The notes: generated by a model from the sequence alone, not told the origin. DNA of 63,492 nt, filler included, from Octopus bimaculoides (GCF_001194135.2; 7 parts of 6 records of this genome joined end to end with filler, not necessarily neighbours in it), one strand, 5' to 3'. Numbered from the whole stretch's first letter, positions 1 through 14,284 are shown. A program made the numbers and translations.

Positions 1-652
1 GACTTCTGACCGAGACCTTTGGAAATATACTGTGCGTGAGAAGACCCGGCAAGCCAAGTGAGACCTAAATCCAAGGCCTCTGCCAGGGTTGTAGTCAGCC
101 CACTTATGCATACCTTTCCTTCATTGGACATTAAACTCTGCTTGCGAAGACTTTTTGAGGCAAGTGAAATCGAAATCGAACTAAATTCGATGACTGGCCC
201 CCATGCCAACGTTGTCTCCTTCATTGGACACAAAACTCAGCTAGTGAAGACTTATTGGGGCAAGCGAAAGCGAAATCAGGATGGCACCTGTGCCCAGCGT
301 CGCCTATCTGGCACTTGTGCCCATGAAATGTGTAAGGATTTTCGAGCGAGATCGTTGCCAGTGCCCCTGGACTGGCTCTTGTGCGGGTGGCACATAAAAT
401 ACACCATTTTGAGCGTGGCCGTTGCCAGTACCGCCTGACTGGTCTTCGTGCAGGTGACACGTAAAAGCAGCCACTACACTCTGTGAGTGGCTGGCGTTAG
501 GAAGGGCATCCAGCTGTAGAAACTCTGCCTAATCAGATTGGAGCCTGGTGTAGCCATCTGGTTTCACCACTCCTCAGTCAAATCGTCCAACCCATGCTAG
601 CATGGAAAGCGGACGTTAGACGACGATGATGATGATGATGATGATGATGATG
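1..652 (+). mobile_element. 3' end of an RTE-clade LINE (ORF C-terminus, repetitive 3' UTR, (GAT)n tail)
   Basis: The start translates as ..TSDRDLWKYTVREKTRQAK*, like the end of the RTE ORF at 34935-35280. It is followed by the gttaggaagggcatccagctgtagaaac...catgctagcatggaaagcggacgtt tail and (GAT)n. An inverted copy of the same tail lies at 15309-15785. Confidence 0.8.
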
Positions 653-1257
653 ATATATATATATATATATACACATGCTTAAGACTTAGTTGTGATCTGA
701 ACAGAACCGCTTCTGACACAGAGAATCGGGAGCCCTTTTGGTCATTCTATTTTCCTTTCTGGAAGTGTTACTAACCCATGGGCAAAGAGGTGTTAGATGA
801 TGGCGGTGGTGTTTTCAAAGGGCTGGCATGTGTAAACTGATTCCCTCTGCCGATCAAACTCACAACCCATGCGCTCCAGTTGCAACACTGATTCTGCCCA
901 AATTTACGTCATGTTACATAGTTTGGTTTGAAATAAAGAACTTGATTAGCTTAATAATCCCAACTTAATCCCAGGCAAAGCCGGGCTATACTGCTTGTAA
1001 GTAAATAAGACTTTTGCACTTCAAAATTATTTTTTCTGTATCTCTATGGATGTTTGACTGTTCTGGAAGATTTTTCTGCTTAAAAAGTTGCAAAGTTAAT
1101 AGAATATAAGTAAATAAGTAGTAACTTTTAAATCATAAAATTATAATATTGTCTATTGAAAGAAAGCTTGATAACATTGTCTGTTTAAAGAAAGTTAAAT
1201 ATAAAAGGAAGGTAATTATAAATATTTACAAATACTTGCCAATACTGGGATATTTGT

Positions 1258-1511
1258 AAATACTTATAAATGAAGAATTTTGCCAAGGCAGTGAAATTTG
1301 TCTAAAAAGATCTTTTTCTGCTTCAAGCAGTAAAGGGAGAGAGAGAGAGACAGACAGACAGACAGAGACAGATAGACAGACAGACAGCGATAGAGAACAC
1401 GTAGACGTTGCTAGAAAAAAAAGTAATGTCTCTGTGTGTTTGCCGTTAATGTAATCCTGTGTAATTTTGGACTTTGTATGGTTACGTATAGAAATATAAA
1501 CAAACTAACGC

Positions 1512-1556
<45 letters not shown>

Positions 1557-2115
1557 TATACTCATTTGTTTTGAAGTTTGTGTTCCATTGTATTGAATAT
1601 ACTCATCCACCTGCTATAGAGAATGAATCAGACAGAAGGCAACAGTTAGTCAGAGAGAGACAAAGGCGAAGAAAAGCCAGTCTCACTCAGGAAGAACTGG
1701 ACACAAGAAGATTAAACAATACATTAAGGTTATTAAATCAATCACAAGAAGTGAGACAAGAGAGACAAGTGCAAGAAGACAGGGTCATAAACATCGAAAT
1801 GAAAAGGAGCACCTAATTGCACAAAGGAGGGATATCCAAAGAGAGAGAGCAGCACAAAAGTGCCAAGATGAAACAGAAGAACAAGCAGCAGTGAGGAGAG
1901 AAATTGAAAGAGAGCGAACATTGAAGAGAAGGATGTAAGAATTAATTAATACTGAAACGGTATATCCAAATCAAGGTGAACTCATTGCTGGTAGGGTTTT
2001 CACTAGAAACATGGTGTTGAAGCAATTACTGAGATAAAGGTCGTAATGTTTTTATTCTAATTTTATTTTCCGTATCAATTTCATGCCATCATTTCTGACG
2101 GCACGGGTACACTAG
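1258..2115 (+). mobile_element. Probable non-autonomous Helitron with a charged-repeat (STPR-like) coding remnant
   Basis: 3' hairpin tgccatca-tttc-tgacggca (2084-2103) lies 8 nt before CTAG|T (2112-2116). Internal remnants ENESDRRQQLVRERQRRRKASLTQEE and ETEEQAAVRREIERER resemble Helitron Rep N-terminal repeats. A second Helitron-like end (cccaggcaaagccggg...cttgt) is near 969-1000. The 5' boundary is approximate. Confidence 0.5.
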
Positions 2116-2143
2116 TAGTGATTATTATAATAATAATAATATC

Positions 2144-2512
2144 CCCAGCTGCAATTGTAGGGTAAAATTCCAATGCCCATTATTGGGTCATTGTTTAGCC
2201 CAAAATGCTGTTTACAAATGTATAGTTTTGACTGAAACTAGTAACTTTATTTATATTGAGTGCTTGATAAATATGAAGAAGTGCCTTAATGACTGTCTTT
2301 TATCTTTTAGACTTAGACATAAAGCTAATAATACTTCTTTATCTAGTAAAATCTGGGAACTTAAAGAAATCAATAGTAGATTTAGCCTTAAATGGGATAT
2401 AGTATGGAGAGCGCAGCCGTACAAAGATAGCAAATATGGATGTGAACTATGTTCTATGGAAATTTATGAAATTTTTAAGTATAGAGATAATAACCTAATT
2501 AATAATAGATTA
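2144..2512 (+). mobile_element. Penelope-like element GIY-YIG endonuclease remnant
   Basis: Translates as SCNCRVKFQCPLLGHCLAQNAVYKCIVLTETSNFIYIE..SFRLRHKANNTSLSSKIWELK..LKWDIVWRAQPY..CELCSMEIYEI..LINNR. This follows the typical PLE pattern CNC..CPL.G.C..VY..YIG..SF..LS..IW.LK..C.LC..E. Confidence 0.85.
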
Positions 2513-4429
2513 CCCGTACATTTAAACATTTTAGAAACAATATTATACTCATCATACTATGATTTGGTAGTTGAAATTATCTGGGGTATCATATCTTTCA
2601 TAACACATCCTCTAGTGTATAGAATTATATATAATAATTGCCCTCTTATAGCCCCTACCAGTTTAGCATGCATTCATCCTATATGTAGATTGCACTGTTT
2701 TTCTTTCAGTTCTAAAACTTTCTTCCTTATCAGTCATAATAGGTATATTTACAATGAATTACCAGATCTTATGCCTCCCTTTAGTATACTCTCTACCCCT
2801 TAGGAACTGTATGATTCTACACACATCAGTGCCTGTAATATTACATCTTACAAATATTTTATAAAACCACATCTGATGGTATCCTTATCTTCTTTTATTT
2901 TTTAATTTTTTTTTTGTAAAGAATATCTTCACTTATCCTTATTATTTATTATTTTTTTTATTTATCTTTTATCTCTTTTTATATCCAGTATGTATTTTAT
3001 GGCTTTCACAAGTAAAATTTTTATCTTTATATCTATATTTTCATTTTATAAATCCTTTATTGAAATTTTATATAAATATTTCAACCTTTTATTCTTCTTT
3101 TAGTTTATTTTATTTGTTCTTTTATATTATATTATTATATTTTGTATTTTGTATACCTATTTATCCTCATATATACTCGTGTAACTTCTATGAACTGTGA
3201 AGGGGTTGTAACTTCTCTCTATAGTTAATCATGGTATAATATAATACAGTATGGTATTTATATTTATTTGTATTTACATTTTATAATTATAATATATATT
3301 TTTTTTATATATACATATATATATGATTTATTTTGTATATATCATATTTTTATACCTTCTTATAACCTTTAAAATTTTTTCATAATGTTGGAAATTTTTT
3401 ATTTAGTTATATTTTTCCAAGGTTTTTAAATAAGTTTATCCGTCATAGAATTGATTATCATATTTTTTGCCCTTAATCTTTGGTTTTCAGTCAATAGAAA
3501 ATGTGTAGCCCTTCTCGGATGAAATCTGAATTTAATTATGGGTTCATTGTTGAATAGTTTTATCAGGATCACCTAACAGTATGCTAGGATGAAGTATTAT
3601 GAGGTTTCTATTTTATATAAAAGTACCCCATTTTTTAGAGCTTAGATTGGTTTATCTATCCGTCTTCTCTTTACTTGGTCCTTAAATCCCTTTCTAAATT
3701 TTATTATTTAATATATAAAATATAATAATATATAAATTTTGCTAAATTTAGATATACTATTCCCCACTCCCCTGTACCCTTAATGCCCACTTAGATCTCA
3801 TTGTGACCTCCTTTGTTTTCTATTTTAGGCCCCTTTTAATTGATAATCATAATATAGTTTAAGTCATCCCTGCCCTTCCTCGTTCTGTATATATATCATT
3901 ATTTTGCTGGTATCTTCTGAGGCATGTTTTTTTTATGTAGTCATGGTGAATTTATAGTCACAGTAAAATAGAGGTAGGGAAGAATATCTGACATTAATTA
4001 GCTGCATTGGATCTTTTGATTGTGATAAGGGGAAAAATGAATGTAGCTATATTACCATTTCTTGACCCCCATTGTTATTATCTTCTGCCACTCCAAATTA
4101 AGTTCATTCTGCTAAAATAGTAGCAATAAGCATGTAATTCTATTCTCTAGTTCTGATGAAAAATTTGCTAAAAAATTATAATGGAGTATCCTGTATGTTG
4201 AAAACCTATATGGTCTTATGCATCCAAGGAAAGTGGGTTATTTCAAACTGATGTAATGCTTGCATTGATCAATTAAATGGAGCCGCTTGAAACAGCCATA
4301 ATGCTCTAATACCTGGACATCCTTCTTACTTATTTGCTTTTTATTCACCTAACTTCGAGCTGTGTGGACAATACTGGACTGACTTGATGCCTAGACTTAG
4401 ATACGTAATTCAACTGAATCTTAATTATT

Positions 4430-4462
<33 letters not shown>

Positions 4463-5695
4463 TATCAATGACATACTTGCCACCACAACCAACAACACTC
4501 ACTCTTATACAAGTTATTTGACTCTCCATTTTTCCTAACTTTCTCTAATCATACATCATCCTATGGAACCTTAACTATCTTTAGCATATTTTCTCAGCTA
4601 AAGCTACTATGTATATCTTGAGAGAGAGATCAAATATTCTATTTATGTATAGGAATATGTAAAACATAGTCTTCCTGTTTTCTTCTCTTAGATGCAAGAA
4701 CTTACCGTCTTTAGTAAGTTTCTTAAAGCCCTGTAATCTTATTGTCAAAACTGTATGTTTTCAAGGCCTAGATAATTTTGACGAAGTACTTTTTGAAAAT
4801 TTACAAAGTTTTTTCTTTCAACTGATGTTTAGCACCAAGATCAACTCTTATGCAGCAGATATATGATCAAAAGCATTGTAGACAGGACCATTCCGTCTTT
4901 TATTGAGAAATAGTGTATCAAGGACCATATTATTCATTGTGTTCTTGTGTTTTAAATTAATAGATTAAAAGTGGGTTTGGCTGTTATTTATAGCTGATCA
5001 TGTTTATGATGTAGGAATTCCTTGTTCTCATTCTTGAAGCAGCACAGCTCTTTCAGTTAAGATTCATTCTAAACTACACGTGGAAGAAAGCTATTTATCT
5101 GATTGAAGCAACTCTTTTTCATTTGCAATTCTCAGATTACAAATCTTTATTCTTCTGAGTTAGCAGTTTTTCTATCTAAAAGGAGCCTTATGGGATTTGG
5201 GCAGCATACTTTCTTATCTGATGTAACTAAGTCGAAAGGAATTGGATTATTTCCATTATTCCATTAGATAAGATACATAACTTGACTTTCTCTTTTGAGT
5301 TGAAGGTTTTAATGTCAGTCAAATGATTGACATTGAGACATTTTGCTGGAAAATTTTTAATCTAACATACCATGTGGAAAACAAAATTGTAATATTAATA
5401 TTAATTGTAATATTAAGAAAAAAATAATCATGACTTCTTAAACTACTCTTGTGAAGGGTGAGTTTCTCAGTGAAAAGTAGATTTTCCTATTGTTGGATTC
5501 ATATGTCAGTGATGGAGTATGAAATTAATCTTACTTTATTAGTTTTATCATGGGTAAAATCTTAGGGGCATCAATTTTGGTTTGTAGAGAAAATAAATAC
5601 CATTTTCATACCTTTCTTTTCAAAATTTTTCTTGTGTTTATTCAAAAGATATCAATTTTTCAATAAAAAACTGATATAGATGTTGTATTTTCTAG

Positions 5696-5914
5696 GCTGA
5701 GATCATTCGAGAAACAGCGAGTCATCTTAAATTTGAATCAACCTTAGCAAAGGATGTTGACCAAAATGGTTTTTACATTGCCCATTATACTGGCTTCATA
5801 TATCCTCTACAATTTCCACCCCCAAATGACAACAAATCACTTGTGCTTACAGTTGGAACCTCTTCTGCTAAAATTACATTATATTTAAGCAAAGACAAAT
5901 ACAAAAAAAATAAG
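5696..5914 (+). CDS. MEGF8: MEGF8 internal exon (phase 0/0)
   Basis: Acceptor ttttctag|GCT, donor AAG|gtatgt; 73 open codons AEIIRETASHLKF..HYTGFIYPLQFPPP..LYLSKDKYKKNK. YTGFIYP matches the YRGFIYP segment I recall from vertebrate MEGF8, and the exon joins the next exon in frame. It is not in the supplied ORF track. Confidence 0.85.
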
Positions 5915-7649
5915 GTATGTGGAATATTTTTCATGAATAATTTTTATAAGTTTTAAAATAATAATTAAAATTTAAGTTGCCTTTCATTTAATTTATCATA
6001 GTTTTGGATCATTGCTATTATCATTATTGTTGTTGACTTCTACTTTAAAATAATCTCAAATTTTCTCCAAATTTTTGAAGCATTTGATTGTATGTTCTAT
6101 CTCCAAAAAAATTGATCTCCCTGACACTGTTAATTAGCAGTATATCATTCTAACTCCCAATATTTCTAACATGATTGAAACTGCTGTAAATAATCACCTC
6201 TTTCATAACCTGTAATCTTTTTTCCTAATTAGTTCACTTTTAGTAGAGTCAGATGTGCTAGAAATATATTTTCTTTGTTATATAATAAAAGCAAGGCTTT
6301 TTTCTGTTGACATCATCAAAACATTTGACACACACATAACATAAGAATCATCTACTTAATCATAGATAACTAATTTTTTTCTCTCTTGAATTAGAAGTTA
6401 GCTCTGGGCTTATTTTACTGCAGTGTGTATCAATAACACTTTCTTCTACCTCTTTTTTTTGTATAAAATTTAATGCATTTGAGTTTCTAATCGTTTTCCA
6501 TACACTTCAGAAAATTAATGACCTGCTCAATATTACTTTCTCACAACATATGTTCCCATATAGAGGACATCACCTAACCTTCTATCTGCAAATGTCATCC
6601 ACATATAAATGTGAAATTTTTGTATAACTTACAGAAAAATAGACTTTGAAAATGTGCTTCTGTGCCTCTGTGGAGTGATGCTATCAAAACTGAATCCTAG
6701 TAAACTTGTTGGGCATGTAAAGACTGGAGAGAAAAGAGTCAAATATGATTGGCTGGGTGTGTTTCAGTGGCATTTTGATATTATCTTAGATACAGATTAC
6801 TCGAGCAACTGCCTGGTTATCAAGAATGTTAGCAAACCTGTATGGTTTTTATTTACTAGAAAAAATAAAATGTGACATATTTTCTAGTTTCATGAAATTA
6901 ATTGATGGAAAGAATAAATCAATTTTTAATCCTTGTTTCTTGATTCAGATGCAACTTCAGTTAATTAAGAATTTTAACCCAGTGGATGGTAATGTGTGCA
7001 TATATTTGTGTGCACTGTGTTTGCATGCATTAAATGGTATTTTGTACATTCAGATATACATATATGCACATACTTTTATAAATATATTGAATTATTTTGT
7101 TTAAATTAAGTAATCAAATATATATTCAAATATTGATACTGGAATTTTTCTTATTTGTTTTTCTATTTTCTTTGCACAGTTTTTTTGTTGTTTTACTGCT
7201 GTTCAATATTGATTGGATAGATCTATCATTAAATGCATTCTAGCAAAGACCACATTATCTCTTTTGGGGATTATTAGGATTACATTATGAAATGTGTTCT
7301 TGCCCTTTTTAAGACAGTAGGGTGTGATTTGGTAAAGCTTTGATTACTTAGTCATTTCTGCATGCATTTCCTATTTTCTTAGTTATATTTTTGACTATAT
7401 TGACTTTTTTGTTTAAATTGTATAAGTAAGTTAGCTTATTTATAACATCAATTTATTCATTATGATGTCACATATTAAGAGCAGTTGCATTGTTTATTCA
7501 TTGTCAAAAAAAAAAAAAAATCACTGTTAGCAACATAATAAATTACATTTGATTTTTTTTTTATTATAGAAAATATTTTGGTAAATTTTTCAAAATATTT
7601 TCCAAAGTTATGTTATTTTTTAAAAACTTTTTGGCTCCATCTTTTTCAG

Positions 7650-8177
7650 GAGAAAGTAACTGGTAGCGGTGATCGATATGAAAAATCTGTTGCTTACAAA
7701 GCTAGACGATTTGGTGATTCAATGCTTTTTACAAATAGAAGTAGAGGTGCAAAATATTATGTTGATCTTGAAGCACAGCTCAACATTACTACATCACAAA
7801 ATAGTGTCACTGAATTCAAGTCAACCATTGACATTACTTGGAATAATATACGGCAGAAAAAGAACAATCTCCGTCAGAAAAATGAAGTTGATGAACAAGC
7901 TCTTACTTATGAGTTCCTTCAGCCTTATTATGAAGGAAATTGTGATCAGCATTATAATTGCCTTGGTTGTCTGTCAGACAATGCTTGTGGATGGTGTGTA
8001 GAGACGAGAAGTTGTGTACTAAGAGATGAAAATTACACTGAAATATCAAATAACAAATTTACTGACAATGAAATTAAAGACAAATGCAAAGGAGATATGG
8101 CTCATCATCTGTTAATAACCAATATAGCAGAGTGTCCTATTTGTAGTGATTATGTCAGTTGTTCGGATTGTTCTACT
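7650..8177 (+). CDS. MEGF8: MEGF8 internal exon with PSI (plexin-like) repeats (phase 0/0)
   Basis: Acceptor ctttttcag|GAG, donor ACT|gtaagt; 176 codons. FLQPYYEGNCDQHYNCLGCLSDNACGWC..HLLITNIAECPICSDYVSCSDCST aligns with recalled human MEGF8 FLEPYRSSSCTSYSSCLGCLADQGCGWC..LLVLVPTLCPLCEEHRDCHACT. Confidence 0.9.
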
Positions 8178-8756
8178 GTAAGTAATGAATCATTCCCCCT
8201 TGTATTATTTTAAAATTTATTTATTAAGTCTCCATACTTGCCTATCTTCTATAAATTACTAAACTCTTCTTTTATCCTATACTTTAAGTTAGGAAATATG
8301 TGCTTATGTACCAGTTTATTTTTTTATTAAGAAAATTGCAATTTATAGCATAGCACTAGTTATCAGACCACTCTAAAATTTGTTATTTGTTTCCTTTCTT
8401 GAATACATTGGTATCACTTGTATTGGAAAGCAGCAATTGGTTTCATCGTTAAACTCAGTTGCTTTGTATTACACTTATTTGTCTAGAGCTGCGGACTTAG
8501 ATGATTGGTTGTCTGTCACTAGTATATTACTGCTCATCCTTAAGAAATTTGATTCTCAAATGACTAAGTCTACTTTGTATTAAATAGATAGCATAAGAGG
8601 ATGCTGCCCCTTATAGTAAATAGTGAGGCAATTAGTGATTGCCTCAATATTATTCACTTGTATTGCTGAATTCCAATCCTTCTATAGCCCTGGTTTAAAG
8701 TGGAGTAAACTTGATATATTGCATTTGGTACATTCCATGAAGATATTTTCAGGCAG

Positions 8757-8905
8757 CTAGGTGCAGGCATGGCTGCTAGGTGCACACATGGTTCTGTGGT
8801 CAGCAGTTTCCTTCCCAATTGCATGATTCCAGGTTCAGTTCCAGTGTGTGACACCTTGGGCAAGTTTCATGTATTATAACCTGAGGCTGACCAAAGCCTT
8901 GGGAG
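8757..8905 (+). mobile_element. tRNA-derived SINE, 5' half
   Basis: gcaggcatggct..ggtcagcagtttccttcccaattgcatgattccaggttcagttccagtgtgtgacaccttgggcaag: A/B-box-like head. Same family as 52262-52660 (+), 58945-59090 (+) and the minus copies at 18640-18842 and 37575-37690. Confidence 0.75.
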
Positions 8906-8944
8906 TGAATAGCATCAACATTTAATTACTGAAGAAATTCTTTT

Positions 8945-9105
8945 ATTCTTTTACTTGTTTAAGTCATTTGACTGCTGCCATACTGGAGCTCAACCGTAAA
9001 GGGTTTTAGCTGACGAAATCAACCCTAAGACTTATTCTTTGTTATGGAAACATAAACACTCCAGCATTGGTTGTCAAGCAAGGGGACAAACACAGATACA
9101 CACAC

Positions 9106-9110
<5 letters not shown>
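8945..9110 (-). mobile_element. Same SINE family, 3' half, inverted
   Basis: Reverse complement matches the 3' part of the 52262-52660 copy (..aagaataagtc..gggtt gatt..ctaaaaccc..gctccag..gcagtcaaatgac..aaacaagtaaaaga). Confidence 0.7.
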
Positions 9111-9152
<42 letters not shown>

Positions 9153-9866
9153 AATTTGACATGGGCAATTCTTTCTTGTCTTGGCATGGTCAAATGGCTG
9201 GGTGGAATTGTGCGAAAAATTACACAGATGTGCAGAATGATCCGGTGGTGATGCTGGGCTTTGTATTTTTTCATAGCTCCCATGGTTACCGAAATAATCT
9301 ACTATAATAATACNNNNNNNNNNNNNNNNNNNNNNNNNNNNNNNNNNNNNNNNNNNNNNNNNNNNNNNNNNNNNNNNNNNNNNNNNNNNNNNNNNNNNNN
9401 NNNNNNNNNNNNNNNNNNNNNNNNNNNNNNNNNNNNNNNNNNNNNNNNNNNNNNNNNNNNNNNNNNNNNNNNNNNNNNNNNNNNNNNNNNNNNNNNNNNN
9501 NNNNNNNNNNNNNNNNNNNNNNNNNNNNNNNNNNNNNNNNNNNNNNNNNNNNNNNNNNNNNNNNNNNNNNNNNNNNNNNNNNNNNNNNNNNNNNNNNNNN
9601 NNNNNNNNNNNNNNNNNNNNNNNNNNNNNNNNNNNNNNNNNNNNNNNNNNNNNNNNNNNNNNNNNNNNNNNNNNNNNNNNNNNNNNNNNNNNNNNNNNNN
9701 NNNNNNNNNNNNNNNNNNNNNNNNNNNNNNNNNNNNNNNNNNNNNNNNNNNNNNNNNNNNNNNNNNNNNNNNNNNNNNNNNNNNNNNNNNNNNNNNNNNN
9801 NNNNNNNNNNNNNNNNNNNNNNNNNNNNNNNNNNNNNNNNNNNNNNNNNNNNNNNNNNNNNNNNNN

Positions 9867-9907
<41 letters not shown>

Positions 9908-12900
9908 ACAAGTGAGTAGACAAACAAAAGAAGGGCACTCAACACATTTATTGGGGGGTTATATGTACAGATCAAAACAGTTTGATTCAGACTCTTTAGT
10001 ACTCTGAGTTCTAAGTGTGTGGCTAGTCTTTGACATTGGGGTCTGAGGAATTCAGGCTTAGAATGTCTAGAAAGAAGTAAACTAAAAGAAATGGATGTAC
10101 TTGCTCTCATTGACAATGAGAAGTTGCTTAATGAAAAATATGCTTGCTATTTGGACTCAACAAAGATGATATTTGTAGTACTTGGGCAGTTTTCATATCA
10201 ATTAAGACAACGAAGAGACTGTAGTTTCAAGACATATTACTGAATGTTGAAAGCACTTTTGAGAGGAGTATAAAGTACCAGTCATTTTATAATGCAAATT
10301 GTATAACATCACTATTAATTGCTCAAGACAAAGAAAATGACTAAGGAATTCAACCATTTACTATTAAGAAAGTACCAATAATTCTAGTTTAGGGTGGAAT
10401 TTAGCTACCTAAAATGTAGTTTTAAATTAGAAGGAGCTGTAGAGTTACAAATGCTATATTTTTTATGATCACTTCAAAAGAAAATAGTTCTTGTATTTAT
10501 TGACATTGAAAAGAATTTTGACAGTGTTCCATGCTGTGTAATTGATGGAAAATGAGATAAACAAAAAAAAAAAAAAGAGAGAAAGAAAGCAGTGTAAATT
10601 ATGTGTAAACAGTAGAATTTAAAGAATCTAGTGATGTTCTGTGTCAACAATTAGTATGTATAAATAGTTAATGTGATGGAATTAAGTGATTTCCCCTGAG
10701 AAAGAACATTTACTGGAAAGTAATGTTTTCTGACGATAGTGGGTGGGGAGAAAAATGTTTTCTAATAATAGTGGGTAGGGAGAAAAATAGTGTAGAATAA
10801 GGGATGGGATAAAAAGGATATAGTTAACTATTAGGGAGAAGAAAACAATAAAAAACAAGACAATCATTGTGAGCACTGGCATGTATGAAAACTAGTAAAA
10901 GCAGGGGAAAAGATCAGAAATGACAACAACTGGGGGAACATTGATTATTTGAAATAGTGAATAAGGGTGGGGAAAAGAGAAAATATAACAAAGCATACAA
11001 CAAAAGTTGTACAATTGTAGATATATTAAAGAGGAAGGAAGTTGATTATGAGAAGTTCTACAATGTTTTTCTCTGCACTTGCTTGTGTAGATTTAGCCAT
11101 GGTGTAAGGAACCCCTGTAAACTGAAGAACAGTTCTATTCCTGGAAAATTGAAATGTGTAGTCTAGCTATGGGTTTAGAGAGTTCATGGCATTATTTCAA
11201 AAGCAGAATATGTGCATGCTCAAGTAACCACCCTGATAATAGCTGGTTTCATCCCCATATAAAAATTTACAAGATTTACAAGTCATGCAAAAGAAGGTTG
11301 GTCAGAGTTTGTTAAAGTGGTCAATGACTTGGAATTGGTATTATGGGCTATTTATAAAAGTACTGCTGGAAATTAAATGACTGGTGCAGCATATAGAATG
11401 AGGTGGAATAGAGCTTCTGAGGAAGAAGAGATTGCTTATCTTATCTCTTTTGAAGGAGGTTGGGAAAGTTAGAAGTGGTTTGAAGAAAGGAAGTGAAATT
11501 TACAGAGTACGATTCATTGAATAAGCAGAACTAACATGTGAGAGATAGATAGCAAAAAAAGAACCCTATCTAGGAAGTGTCTGTTGGCTGTTTCATGAAA
11601 ACTTCAGCCATGTTTTCTATATGATATATATTTCATTGTCTCAAGATAAACCTTGCATGTGTAACTCTTTACCAGGCCCCACCTTTTTATATTAAATTTT
11701 GTTAGCTATTATAAGGTCCCCATGTTTTTTTTAACCTCTGTTGCATTCACTCATCCCCCCTCCCCCCACTTCTACATTCTGTTGTATTGGCTGGAAAGCT
11801 TTCCCTGCCAGCTAGTGCTATGAAGTCAATCTTATTTTGAGATCCCACACTCAACCCCACTTTCCACCTCCTAAGTGATATATCATCATCATCCTTTAAT
11901 GTCTGTTTTCCATGCTGGCATGAAAAATATGGAGATAGGTGCATCATCAAAATTTATTTTCTTTTAGTTTTACAGTTGGTCATACAGCATAATTATTTGG
12001 TTACAATGACCAACAAGTGTTTATGCTGCCCAGAGCATGTGCAGTTGCACAAGCAACCCAGCATAATTTTCTGTGCACTTTCGTTCAGGGCTCTTCAGTA
12101 AGCATAGTTCAAAATGAACTGAGTTGATTTATTTACATGTGACTCATCTTAGATTGAGTGAAGTGAAGTGGGGTATGTTGAAATTTGATATGGCTACAAA
12201 ATTTATATCTAGAATGACCTCTACTTAACACTAGTGCAGAGCAGAAAATGGGGGATTAATCTATGTTGAATTAGGTTGAATTAGGTCAAATCATATCTAG
12301 ACATTCTAACGTGGTTTTTCCTAGAGTTAAAAGAGATTGAAAAGAAATGCTGTTAAACTTAGTTACTTTGATAGGGTTTCATCAATATATTTTATATTTG
12401 TGCATTTTGTAATTGAGTTTTGATGTTATAGGTTTCTATCACTTTACCTGTACCTGTCTCCATATTCCTTATAATTGTTTGAAATCTCCACTCCTGATGG
12501 TATTCATAATCCAGGGAAGTGAACCTGAAGTTACCCATCTGAAGAACTACAGTGGGAGTGCTGATACTCAGCGATCATTGACACTTAGTACTACTTGATG
12601 CAGTTAGACATAACCTGGAGTATACTTGTGAGGTACAATAATACCCGCTTGGATAATTTTATTCCTGTACATTTACATTATTAATTCTTGCATTATAAGC
12701 TACTAAAGTAGTCTACCATAATATGGAGAAACTTACATCAATACATATGTTGTCACCCTGAAAAAATATTTAAAAGATCATCAAAAACATCAATTCTTTT
12801 ATATGCCATATGAAGTGGTGCACAAACCATTTTGATTGGGAAGAAGAGAGAAGACACAACACCACAAATGATGAGATAATGCAGCATCTATTTAAAGCTT

Positions 12901-14030
12901 GGAAATTTTCACCACCAAATTTGAAACTATTAAGGTTTGAGGACAAACATTGGAACATTAGATTCCGCAAATTCCCCTTGGGAAGGAACCTAAGGAAGTT
13001 ATTCATACTAGTGAAGGAACCCAAAAAGAAAACTAGAATGCATGTGGGCAAAACTGGTAACTTGTACCACTTAGAATTCCTCTTATACTACTCCCTGCTT
13101 AATGAAGAAATACTAAAAAACTATAAAATAACTTATGTTGATAAAATAACTAACCTAGATTTACAGGCTAAAAAATTATTGAAAAATTTAAATTAAAGAA
13201 CAGGACTGAACCATACCTGCCCAGAACCACTCATAACACTGAAGGACCATATCCTAACTTCACTACTTCAGTAGGACTGGTGTGCCCATCAAAATCTGAT
13301 TTAGGTAAGATTAACAAACACATTATTGATAAATACATACCCATACCTTAGAACACCATAAAACTTAATCTCTGTTCTAGCTCATATGAAGTAATTGATA
13401 AGTTTAGTAGAATAGGTAACAAAAAAAACAAACGAAATTCATCCAACTAGATATCTCTAACTACTATGCCTCCATTAACCTCATTCTTCTCAACAGAGCA
13501 TTACGTTTTGCCATGAAAAGCTCTAATCTGTCTAGATAGGAAGTAGATGTCATATTAGCAGCTAGGAAATCTATTACAAAATTTGAGGGAAAGTACTGGG
13601 TTAGAAAGGATAGGCCAAATATATTTGATATTACCATGGGATCTAGTGACTCCATTCAGATGACTGACCTAGTAGAGATATACATCTTATTCTGCATCAG
13701 TAGCTTTATACAAAGCTACTAACGTTAAAATAGAAAAGCATAGGAAAAATTTGTTTAAGTTCTTCAAAGCTTTAGGATTATCTGTCTCTGTAAAGGAAGA
13801 GCATACTGTAGTTAATTTCTTAGACATTACATTAGATCTGAGTTTAGGTTTTATTTAAACTGTACCATAAACCTAATGAAAGCTTAAAATCATCAACTGT
13901 AATAGTAATCACTCCAACAGTGTAACTGGATCCATAGTCAATAACATTTCCACCTGCATATCTAGACTGTCAGCTAATGAAGAGATATCTAAAATTAATG
14001 AGAAACACTGTAATAATACATTAGCTCTAT

Positions 14031-14284
14031 GTAAAAAGCACCCATGCCGGTGCCACGTAAAAGCACCCATGTTGGTGCCATGTAAAAGCACCTGTGCTGA
14101 TACTGCATAAAAGCACTTGGTATTCTCTGTAAAGTGGTTGGCATTAGGAAGGGCATCCAACTGTAGAAACCATGCCAAAACAGTCATGGAACCCACACAG
14201 CTCTTCAGCTGGCCAGCTCCTGCCAAACCATCCAGCTTATGTCAGCATGAAAAATTGATGCTAGATGATGATGATGATGATGAT
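14031..14284 (+). mobile_element. RTE-tail SINE/5'-truncated RTE inserted in the Penelope element
   Basis: Tandem gtaaaagcaccc units, then ttaggaagggcatccaactgtagaaacc and a (GAT)n tail. A related copy is at 38612-38890. Confidence 0.75.

Noticed and set aside
1436-1816. 126-aa ORF with an Arg/Glu/Gln-rich coiled-coil-like segment as a host gene
   Set aside because: Starts in a (CA)n tract and lies inside a Helitron-like unit; better explained as a transposon remnant.
9042-10116. Long ORFs spanning N gaps (also 16115-16738, 33862-34326, 36533-36950, 57918-58688, 60662-61597)
   Set aside because: They are open only because N codons and (TA)n/(CA)n tracts contain no stops.
11976-12097. Apparent exon tacag|TTGGTC..CA|gtaagc as the next MEGF8 exon
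   Set aside because: The peptide does not resemble MEGF8, and the segment is part of the inverted Penelope terminal repeat.
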